64,000 nucleotides of DNA from contig OZ287699.1 of NCBI GenBank assembly GCA_965649825.1, positions 186,001 to 250,000 of the forward strand, read 5' to 3'. A program made the translations under genes and the position numbers. This DNA is from Penicillus capitatus (taxonomy: Eukaryota; Plantae; Chlorophyta). Positions 1 through 10,555 of the stretch are shown here, in pieces. The notes beneath the pieces are model-generated. The model was not told the origin of the DNA, did not search any database, and was given only the letters and a program-made list of their open reading frames with translations. Position 1 is the stretch's first letter, and each line of letters opens with the position of its first letter.

Positions 1-530
1 CACGACGTCTCTGTCAACCGACTTGCCACAGAGGAATGTTGACCTGGCACGGAATTGTGTCAGTCGGTCGTTTGACCTTTCACTTTTAACCGAATCGGAA
101 TGGCTCTTGTGGCCTGAAGCCGCTAAAAATGTTCGATCGATCAGGCTCGATGTCTGTTTACATGATCGTCTTGATACGACCGAATTACGGCGCCGCCGTC
201 ACGCGAAAAAGACGACCCGGCGCACGATCTTAGGTCACCACAAAGAGAAGTCGATATTCAAAAATCCAAGAAGCTGCCTGACCGTGCTTCTGTATGAAAC
301 GCAGTTCTGAACATGCGAGAAGAGCAACCTCTCCTTCATTACGTATATCATCTATGCTACCAAGACACCCAGGTGGACTCAACAGCACACTGTTGGCAAC
401 AAAGCGGATATTTAAGCTCCAAGTCAACGCAGTGAAACTGCTGCTACCGTGCACGTCGCAAACAGTCCTGCCTTGGAGCCGTCACATCATTGAGAAGTCA
501 AGAACAAGTGCTTAAGCATGAACGGGTTCA
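1..530 (+). pseudogene. Family X copy 1 (partial/degenerate, runs off left edge), upstream of protease-ANK P1
   Basis: nt 1-190 align by eye with 28310-28490. Shared translated blocks TCHRG[M/I]LT (21-44 vs 28329-28352) and CLH.R. The splice acceptor used in the 28 kb copy is mutated here. End coordinate is a guess. Confidence 0.35.
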
Positions 531-879
531 TTGAGAAAGACTCAACGACGATGAGATTGTACAGAACGCAATGCATCAGAAATCCATTCGAACAACGCAC
601 ATCGAAATGCGTATTCAGTTCTCTCAGACGAAGAGGCAAGACAAATATCCACGATGCCTTCAATCACCGTATCATCACCTAGTCTCACTCTAAGCAACGA
701 CTCGTGAACGGGACAACGATGTTGGCGTCGTTGCTTGTCGTAAACGCAGAGTGGCGTATCGAATGATACTGCCGAATCTGTTAATTGTGGCATCAGAAAA
801 CCATCTCCCTGCGCCAACAAGAGCAGCAGATTTGCATTCGAGCCAGCGTGTTCGCGTACATCCACCGGCCATCCGTCGA

Positions 880-3659
880 ATGTGCGGTGCGAAAAGGCTG
901 AAGCCATTCATTTTGAAGCTCTGGTTATGCTTGCTAACCTTGACGCCAAGTTCTTTTTCTGACAGTACGCGTACCGACGAGATCAGCATCGCATCCGAAG
1001 AACAGAACTGGCCTTCTCCGGGTCACGACAACCGAGATGCGCCACTTTGGCTTAGCTCCAACCAAAGTGCCGCAGTGTTACCGCTGCATGATAGAGGGAC
1101 CGCATGGACGAACCGTCCTTGCTGTGAAGGAGCGGAAGAGGAGCAGTTCAGCAGATTTCCTTACTTATGCAGCCTGCGGCTGTCCGGAAGTCGAAAACAC
1201 GTCTGCACCGCCACACTCATTGACCAGAGATGGATCTTGGCAGCCGCTCACTGCATCGATCCGAATCTTCGTCAATCGGCTGGGTGTTATCCTCTCGTCT
1301 ACTGCGGCGATTCCAGAGTCAACACACCAAGCGCAGAAAAGGTGATGCGTATGGCTCTGGCCAGGAATGAAAGGAAGATCACCTCTTGCCTGCCCTCTCT
1401 GTAGATCTTCCATGTCGTCGAAGCTTATGTACACGAAGATTGGATCGGGGACGTCTTCTACGGTTCCGACGTTGCTATGCTGAAGCTGGACAGAAATGCT
1501 GAACTTCCTATTCCGCGTTTGTTCCGCGAGGGGATGGTTTTGAAGGAAGACATGGAGCTGCTTTCGTCCTCATGGCGCATGGTGAAGCATTCCATCCACG
1601 TCAAAGAAGAAAGGCAAGGTGGCGGCGATGGCGGCGGCCCAGCCGCATTACTCAATCGCCATATGTGCACGAAACAACCCGATATCATATCGAAGAAGAG
1701 TTGGTTATGCATCGGCGCGCGGACAGAGAATTCGCCAGACGGTGAATCAGAATACGGGCCTCTGGCTTTGCGTTCGAAGTTTGTGTCTTCTATAGGCGAA
1801 TCGGCACATCCCCTTCTGTTGGTTGACCGGCCAAAAGGGCATCTGGAGAGGGGGCAGCCAGAGGAGGATCTGTTGGTCGGTCTCATGTCTTTTCACGCAT
1901 CGCATGCAGTATGTCCATCGTGTTCTGTCTACACCAGCGTTGCGTATTTCAGAGAATGGGTGCTGGAAACGATGAAGGGCAGTTTCTTGCCGAGCCGCTG
2001 CGTGCTCTTGCCAAAACGTGTGTTAGAGACACCGAGTAATTACAGCCATGAATCACCCGAGTTGACGACGCCGCCTCAAGTAGATTCTCTAAACACACAG
2101 TGCCTTTGTGTTTTGAGCCGTATTTGGCAGTTTGCATTTTCATTGGGGTTTTGAGATGCGTCCATGTGTGGCTAAGTGCATGCACCTTTGTGACGTAGGT
2201 CGTTGAATCGCCCGTGCTGTTGCCGGAGATTGCGTACCCGATAAACCGAACCGCCGAAGAGGAGGAAAAAGGCGAGACGAAGAAAGGAACGAAAAAGCGC
2301 AGACCGAGGGAGAAATTCAAACCAAGTGAGCCGTCCGGTGGTGCTCAGGACATAGGACCCGCCAGAGAGAAAAGGAAGAAGCCCACGGCAAGAGGAATGT
2401 CGCCTGTGCTCGAGGCCGAGGCGCCCGTCGCCGAACCGTTGAAGGAAGTGCCCGTCTACGAAATCGAGTCTCCCGTTTTGGAGACGGAGAGCGAGTATCC
2501 GAAAAAGTTACCGGCCGAGGAGAAGACGCGAAGCAGACAAACCATATGGAAAGAGAAGCCCGAACCCGAACTCGAACCCAGGGAAGAATTTAGACCCGGT
2601 TTACCATCTGGCGCGTCTCAGGAAACGGGATTCTTTCGAGAAAAGAGAAAGAACGCGACGGTGGGAGGCGTGCCGGTACCTCAGATCACGCCTCCGGTTT
2701 TGCAGCCGAAGAGCAAAGCGCGCGTGGCTCAGACAACAACGTCTCCCGCTTTGGAGCCGCAAGGCGAAGTGCCTGCGCGAGAGGCCGATGCACCCGTTGC
2801 AGAACCGATCAAAGAAATGCCCGCGCGTGAGGTTGAATCTCCCGTCTTAGAACCGGAAGATGAAGTTCCTGCGCGTGAGGCCGATGCACCCGTTGCAGAA
2901 CCGTTGAAAGAAGTGTCTGTCTACGAAATCGAGTCTCCTGTTTTGCAGACGGAAAGGGAGTATCCAAAAGAACGTCCTGCTGAGGTGACAGAAAAAGGTG
3001 TAGAAACAGAAGCAGGAGAGACGTCAGAGCCGAAGACACCGTCTACCGTCGGCAAGCCATTCGCTGCGTTTGCGGAATCGGAACCCGTTGGCGAGAAGAG
3101 AAAGACGGCGAAGACGAAAGGAGTGCCCACTCCTGTGGTTATATCTCCCGCTTTGCAGCCGAAGAGTAAGGCCCAGAAACAAAGACCTCTTGTCGAAGAG
3201 AAGAGCAAAGAATCGAGAGGAACGAAGAAAAAGACGAAAGAAGAGACAAAGCGCGGGGCAAAGGAGACGAAAAAAGGACCTCAGAAGAAAGGATCCCCTA
3301 TCGAAGAGAAAAGAGGAGCAGAAAGGGGCACAGGAGAAAAGAAGTCGACGACTTCAACCGTGACATCTCCCGTTCTTCCAGCGGAGCCAGGACTGGTCGG
3401 CGAAAAGAGAAAGGGTCATGCGGTACCAACGACGTCGGCAAGACCCGTCCAGCAACCGCGAGTTTACGGCGCACAGGCGAAACGCACTCCGCCCGGAAAA
3501 CAGCAGAAGGGTAAAAGCATTAAAGGCAAAGAGCAGAAGAGGAGACAATCAAAAGAAAGGAAACCAAAACCTTCAGTCCGCATGAAAGAAAAAGATTTTA
3601 GGGTGCGAGAATGGACCCACATGTTGGAAGGTCTCGGGGAAGAGGGTTTGCTTTTGTGA
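880..3659 (+). CDS. P1: signal peptide + trypsin-like (S1) serine protease domain + long Lys/Glu/Pro-rich repetitive linker (multi-exon)
   Basis: MCGAKRLKPFILKLWLCLLTL N-terminus; RFPYLCSL, WILAAAHC (His), DVAMLKL (Asp), spliced NSPD-GESAHPLL (Ser), DLLVGLMSF. Intron positions are shared with P2-P4. Confidence 0.8.
2402..2985 (+). repeat. Internal coding repeats in the P1 linker (32-aa unit EVPAREADAPVAEP.KE.....ESPVL, about 3 copies)
   Basis: Direct repeats visible in DNA (gaggccgatgcacccgttgcagaaccg at about 2780 and 2876) and in ORF 2214..3659. Confidence 0.85.
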
Positions 3660-3707
3660 GGCATGGATTCTGGTTTTTAACACGGTCCGATGGATTCGGG
3701 TTTTCAG

Positions 3708-4190
3708 ATGATGATGGAGTATATTATTGAAGACGACAAGGCAGTGGCCGATGCCATTCTGCAAATTGACCTGAATGCAATGCGGTGCCTGAGAAAGATC
3801 GTTTACACAGCGCGTTTTTGCTCACAGAAGCGAAACGTTAGTGATGTGGACAATGGTATTGAGCGCGTGTTTATGTGAGAATCCTCAAAAGGAGCCCGTT
3901 CTGATGCCGCCGACGCCGCTGGCCAAACGCCACTAGATTGGGCAGTTGGGACGGTGGATCGTGGCAGGTATCTATCAGCCGCGACGCAATGCTCTCGAAC
4001 AGTATGGCTCAGATGTCTATCACTACCGTCACGTCAAAATCGCGTAAAAACCGGCACGAAGGACACCCTTGGTCAACGTCTGTGCTTCGATCGCTCCATG
4101 TTCCGACGACACGCGTTCGGCTATCAATGAGCTTTCGATACCACAAGGAAATCCCAACATCTCAGATGTCTGTGATTCTGACGAGAGAGA
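3708..4190 (+). pseudogene. Decayed ankyrin tail of P1
   Basis: MMEYIIEDDKAVADAIL and SETLVMWTMVLSACLC match the N-cap of the P2/P3 ANK module. GARSDAADAAGQTPLDWA is one ANK repeat. RTPLVNVCASIAPCSDDTRSAINEL matches the P2 C-cap. The pieces lie in different frames. Confidence 0.7.
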
Positions 4191-4512
4191 AGTCAGTTGC
4201 ATTTGTTTGTGCCTCGTGTGTTATTTTCGGTCGCTCAGAGAGGCGCGAGGCTTTTCGTGCCGTTTTCGTGGCACGTGGGTGGCCGAGTTTGCCGTCTCGT
4301 TTACTGCCTGCTCTTCGCGGTGCATCGTTTCTAACCGTCTGGTCAACATCAGCATTCAGGAGATCACCGCGGACGAACGGCACGCTCACAGTTACTCGGT
4401 CGAAGGTACGATTCTTTTTGCGAACGGCGTGGCGGTCCTGCACGCTGGCACTGTGTCACTTACCCCCTCCCTGAACAGCCCTCTACCGTCTTTGTGGGTT
4501 GCCGTCAAGCGA

Positions 4513-6054
4513 ATGAACGAAACGGACACCGAAGATGTGGCTTCGCGTCTGTCGAGGCGCATTTCGCGCTTCGCCGAACGTTTTCTTAGCGGCAACGGCG
4601 AAAGCCACACCATTAACTACGCCTACACCCTTCGAACGAAGCCCCTGTCCGGACTCTACACAGTAACCCGTCCTGGGACCATCAAGCCTCTTCGTGACTA
4701 TGCGCGTCTCAGTGCTGTATACACAGAGACCTCTTGAACGGTGTCCCCGGAAAATTCTTCTCCGACTCCTTTATCATCGCCGGCCACGAATGGTGCATTC
4801 CCCTACCTTGTGCCTTTCTCGGCGAGCGTACGGTTCGTAGGCGTATCGCTGTGGAGGCCATCAGCGAGCACCTCTCCCTTTTTCTCGTCTCGCTCGATCC
4901 GCAGCCCGTGGAAGTATCCTGTACATTCGATATTGTGAATCTCTTGGATTGTTCTAAGATCATCAGTAAAGGTGAGGTAGACCATTTCGCATGCCACGTC
5001 ACATCAGATTCTGTAGGAGGGCGCAAAGTGATAGGGCCTGCAGGCGGAATGGGTTTCCTCAAGATCTGCTCCGTCAATGATCTCGCGACGCCGGAGAACG
5101 GTTTCCTCCGAGAAGATGGTTTCTTTATCATCGAGTTGAGACTCGGCCTCGTCTCGTCGATGGTCGAAAACTTCACCATCGATGCGGACGAAAGCACGTG
5201 CATCAGTGTGGTAAGCAAGAAGGCAGATGTCGCATCGATCGGAGGCCATCGTGCGTTTCAGTGGAAGCTGCGGTGTCTGAAGGAGATGGACTATGCCGAT
5301 ATCATCACGAACGACATCAGCACTGCCCAGGCGACTTGGTAGGATCCACCTCGACGGTCCGAAAACGATCGAACAGTGCAGAGGGATGCATATAGGCGTT
5401 TGAAACTCGAGCCTCTAAGATCGGCCGAGAAAGGGGATGTCTATGGCGCACATCTCTGCTGTACAACAGACGTTGTTACCGACGCCAAGTTTACTTTTTC
5501 GGTGCTCAATGTTCATGACGAGAAACGAAGCATCACACGAGGTGCGCAGCATAGCTGGCATTGCCTTCTGACGGAGGGGGCCCTTTGCCCATACGACAGA
5601 GTTTCTCTGCAAGTTTCCTTTGGGTGAGTCGAGTTGGGGCTGGAGCGATTTTGCCGAGATGTCTATGATTCACGATCCCAGATTTGGATTCCTTGAGGAA
5701 GGCTGGATCACCTTCATCGCTCGGATCTCCGTCATCAACGTTCGGCCGTTACGCCGCAGAGTAAACGCACCTAACCATGGACACTTCCGCCATCTGTTGC
5801 CGATACAGACGCTGAGGCAGAGGCGTCCGAAACACTTGTGCGTTGTCTGTATGTCTAAGGAACAGACCTCTGGATTCGTCCACGGCAAAACGTAAGTCCT
5901 TACGGCGGCAGTTATCGGATTCTCGGCTGCGATTGTGGTGTCTAGATCGCACAAGTGTGTCTGCGCCGAGTGTTGTGAACTGCTCTTCAAGAGAAATGCT
6001 GGATGCCCAGTTTGCCGAGCCAAAGTGGATTCCATCGTTCTTCACTATTTCTAG
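4513..6054 (+). CDS. MATH-A: tandem MATH (TRAF-like) domains + C-terminal MDM2-type C2H2C4 RING
   Basis: Splices into an intact frame with MATH motifs (FIIAGHEWRI, SLFLV, WGWSDF, GFLEEGWITF) and CVVCMSKEQTSGFVHGKTSHKCVCAECCELLFKRNAGCPVCRAKVDSIVLHYF*. Confidence 0.85.
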
Positions 6055-6867
6055 AACGTGCTTTTTCACTGACCGGCTCGTTTTTGTTCGATTGACATAT
6101 TCGTGACTGCGAATGCAATGGCTGTCGACATTCTTTGCAGTTTCTGATCGCAGTGACTGACTGACGGAACCATTGCTTGCCGACGCCAATAGATGAACTT
6201 CTGTCTCATTTTTCTTTTGTTCTGCCAAGTCTCGTGCGTCATCGGCCGCTATGCCAAGCACAACGCTGCGCGCCAATGCATGCCACGGCATTGATGCAGG
6301 ATGTGTACGTTTGTTTAAGTGGGAAAGCGATACGACGACACGAGAGGCTGACGAAGCACGCATCCCGAAAACGGCGTACTGTATCGAAATGTCGCGTGCG
6401 ATCGTGATCGCACGTGTCCATCGGCGTACGACCATCGCCACCTCGACGTCCAATCGAACGTCTGCATCAAGTATGCTGCTCTATCGCATGCGTACCGAAA
6501 ACGCAACGCACGAGATGTGCCCCGTCGCTGTCGAACAGCATGGGAGAGAGAGCGGATCCGCCGTACACAGATCGTCGCTCGCGATCGGTCGAGCGCTTAG
6601 CGTCGACATCGTCGTCTTAGGTCGACAGCAATCTATCTCAGTTAGATGCCGAGATGGCGGCGGTTCAGCCGTTGGAGTGTTCGTTTTTGTGCCTAACCGT
6701 CACAGTCACCATCGTGCATGTCTTTTCTCATTTCCTCCTTTCTTCGACGAGGCCGACAGCAGTTTCCCCATACCCATCGAAGGCAGCGGGCTTTACTTGT
6801 CTTCTCATCTCACGTTTCTGTATTCTTCACACCGAGCGCCGTTCTCTTTCTAATGTACCTTGCATAA

Positions 6868-8437
6868 ATGAACGAAGCAACAACCGCAGGTGTAGCTGCT
6901 TCCTCACAAGACACATCCCTTTATCGCACGTGCAGATGGGTGCGGTATCAACAACGGCGTCAACTACTCCTACACGCTCCAGACGCGACACATGTCAGGG
7001 AAATACGAAGTGCGTGAGAAATGGAAGCCACTGGAACATGCGCTTTTTTCTAATATGCACATTTTTTGACAGTGTCACATCCATCGATGCTTTCTCGACA
7101 GACCTGTTAACGAATTCCTATCAGATCCATTCACCACTGCCGGATATCAATGGTGCGATCGCCCTATCCACTATCTCTCACATACTGTCTGTTTATTGGC
7201 AAGGCGGCTCAGATTGAGTAACGCTGACGGAGAGATCTTCGTTTTCTTGGTGCTCATGAGCAGAGCGTTGGAAGACACGCACTACCGATTTACGCTGGTC
7301 AATCATGTGGATTCCGCAAAGAGTATCACCAAAGGTCATCTCTACCGCGATGCCTGCTCGATGCGATCGTGGTCTGTCGGCAGGGTGGAAAGGGATCCTT
7401 GGATCGGGAACAGCCAAGGGATACAGTCTTTTTCTCGCAGCTGGCGGCGTGCAGGATCCGAATGTCGGTTATCTACTGAGCGACGCCTTCACCGTAGAGG
7501 TCCGCATCGGACGCGTGCTGCCACAAAACAAGAGCCTGCGAATCGAGTCCTGTGGAGAAACGTGTATCTGCACCGTAAGGACCGGACCGAGTATCGCGTA
7601 CGCGAAGACATGTGGTGCTTGGTTGCTGTTAGTGGAGACTACGAGATCTTGTCGACTTCCAGTTTTCAGATCTGATCCTGGACGATGTCCAAATCGGCAG
7701 GACGATCTGGTAGGCCAACCAGTCCATCTCTCCTAGCAATGCTCAGCGATGCGATGATGGTGCAGGAATGTTAAACTCGAGCCGAATAAATCATCAGAAA
7801 AGGGGAGAGACACCTGTGGCGTCTACTTCTATGGTAAATGCTTGTACCCGACCGAAGTGAGTTTGAACATGACGCTGCTCAACTGCTGCGATGCATTGGA
7901 GAGCAGGTCCAAAGGTATGGACGTCACTTCATCGTCGATGGTCGCTATGTTAAACTATGTGGCTGCAGAGCTCGCTTGTGTCTATGCCGAGGGCCGTTCG
8001 TGTCGCGGATGGCGTGATTTCATTGAAATGCAAGCACTCTTCGATCCAAAACTGGGATTTCTTGATGATGGATGGCTCACGCTAACCGTCATTCTTACCG
8101 CCGCCAGGAGCGTAAATCGAATAGAATCCTGGAGATATTGTATACCGGCTTTGCAGTCGGCGAAGAAGCTGGCGATAGAACAAGCTGCATCACAAAGAGT
8201 GAACGAGCCTCTTTGTGTCGTGTGCCTCGTTAAGAAGCAGACGTCTGGATTCATCCATGGAAAGACGTGAGCCATGTGGATGAATCGAGGCCATGGCTGA
8301 CGGTTCGTCGGTGATTGGTGTTCGTTAGGTCACACAAGTGTGTCTGTGCGGATTGTTGTCGAATACTACATGAAGAGAGAGCCAGATGTCCCGTTTGTGC
8401 CGCCAAAGTGGATGCCATCATCATCGGCGACTCCTAA
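6868..8437 (+). CDS. MATH-B: MATH-MATH + MDM2-type RING
   Basis: Same exon structure as MATH-A. FTTAGYQWRL, RGWRDF, GFLDDGWLTL; RING CVVCLVKKQTSGFIHGKTSHKCVCADCC...CPVCAAKV...GDS*. Confidence 0.85.
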
Positions 8438-9109
8438 CAAGCCTCATTCGACATCGACATCGACGATGACGACCGCCGCCGCCGCCATTCGACACGATAT
8501 ATAATCATTAAGAATGATTTTTCATTTTTGAAAGCACCACCGTCTGAATGTTGGATGCATTCGGGCATGTATGTGCCTCCTTTGACTATGATATAACGTT
8601 GTGCGGTGTAAACACTGTATGAAGTGCCCCAAAGCTCACGCGTTCACGCGCAGTGATGGAACCTTCTCTGCTGATGGTCCTCATTTCGCAATAGAAGCCG
8701 TTTTCTGTGTCTTAAATGCGTGTATCATTCGTGCGCTCTACTAAAAACAAGTAGAATCAAACAAACACGTGTGAATGCATCCTAGTCTCTCTCTACGGAC
8801 AATGCGTCTCTGTCGAGGCTATGAAGTGAGCAAACGGATGTTCGGTGCGATATGAATTTAATTCGTAGACAGGCGCTCAAAGTGGACGATGAGGATCAGA
8901 CCTCGTCGTTTCTATCCAACTAAACACGTATGCGCGAGTAATTTTTCGCCGTTCGTCATTTAGACTCGACGCGGAGCCTAACTAGAGCTCACTCATCTAA
9001 ATGAAGTCCTCTCAACGAGCGTGGCCATTCGATCACCATATTCTAAGGTTCTGGTAGATCACAACGAGAGTAGGTATCTGCACGGAATGCTGTGAGATGC
9101 TTGCTGTAC

Positions 9110-9830
9110 GGGAATGCATTCGTATGGTATGGGCTGCGCTTCTGTGTCGAAGATCCGCGCAGGTACGTCTCAGTTACGACATGTAGATGACAGGGACGTC
9201 TGCCTCCGCTGGCGACCTTGCCTATCGGATACCTCCGTCGCGATCACGGAACTGCAAACGAAATGGTTTTCTGCTCCGAACGACGACACATCCGCGTGCG
9301 TCTTTCCGGAATGACGCAAAATCTGTGACGACAGTGGAAGTCCTGACAGCGACTTACGAAGCATCGCGATGCATTGATGACTGCGTCAGCATTTATCTTC
9401 GTGGATGGCGATCAAACCCCGTGACGCACGCACCGCAATCGTCTGGCACAAAAATCCAGAACCATAACGTATCACCTTACTGGATCACCGCCCGACAATA
9501 GAAGGCATACGTCGTGTTAAATACCACCATCAGCAAGTGGATCCGTATGATGCCCAGACGCCCGATTCTTTGCTGCCGTCGAAACTGCAGCATCGACGAT
9601 CGGCAGAAAAATAAACGAGATCTGCTGTGCTTTCTCTATATCTCATGAGGTTTGCTCTTCGAAAGCATGCGTTTGTCATCGAGAGTGTACGACAAAAATC
9701 GATCTGTCTGACATACAATCCTGCTGTCGTTGTGTATCTTATGACACCGTGGATCTGGCAGTCGCTGTCACGACACGAGCACCTCGTAACTGCTCCGCGC
9801 TTTATGATAAAAACAGAGACGCGAAGGTAG
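9110..9830 (+). pseudogene. Family X copy 2 (frameshifted), upstream of P2
   Basis: Blocks FVDGD (9398-9412), W.KN, ILCCRRNC (9571) and KHAFVI..VRQ correspond to the 28-30 kb copy, but lie in different frames with stops. Confidence 0.4.
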
Positions 9831-10555
9831 CGAGGCGACGACGTGTCCGCAAGACAGAAGACAAAACCCTAAGGTATGTGACGAGGATGCGTGGTTGGGC
9901 GTTTCGCCGAAAACGCAGCTCAGAAACGCCTCACGCTCGTCTCATGTCTTCATCTGTCTCCTTGCCGAACGACGATCTGCGTGCGCTTCATGCGATGCAC
10001 GATACACAACACAAGGCGTCCTTTGCGTCATTGTCGCCAACCGGACACCACGCTCTCGCACAGTTCGCTCGCTGACCTGCCTCGCCACGCAGCGCGTCGT
10101 CATTCTGAGTTGTCGACGGTCGCATAGACGTGCGCCGAACGAATGAAGGAAACAAGGCACAGTCAGGAATTCACATTTTTGTCTAGGATGGATGATCCAG
10201 CGAGGATTCTATATGACGACCTTTCTTCGTCGGCTCCTGGGCGAAATTGAGCGAACGGGCGAAAGTCGTCGTTCCGTATTGCCGCTGTCGACACCACGTC
10301 TGTACTTTGGCAGTCTAGGCCGCGTATGCGCCCGTGTGCGCTTCACGATGATTTCCGTCAATGGGTAAGAAAATCGACAGAGTTTATTCGTACACCCGTC
10401 GTCACGACATAGAATCGGCAAATCGAAGGAGTATAAATGGGAGTCAAAGCAGAGACATTCCGTGTGCTTCCTGCTCAGTAAGAGTGCCATCGGATTCTGG
10501 CAGACGTTTCAAACATCTTTGTCCTGCTAAGCGGTCGCGCTGTGTGAAGAGTACG

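Noticed and set aside
6251-6853. 200-aa ORF between MATH-A and MATH-B, and many similar 100-300 aa ORFs overlapping real genes on other frames
   Set aside because: No motifs, Arg/Ser-rich shadow composition. Long chance ORFs are abundant throughout the track.
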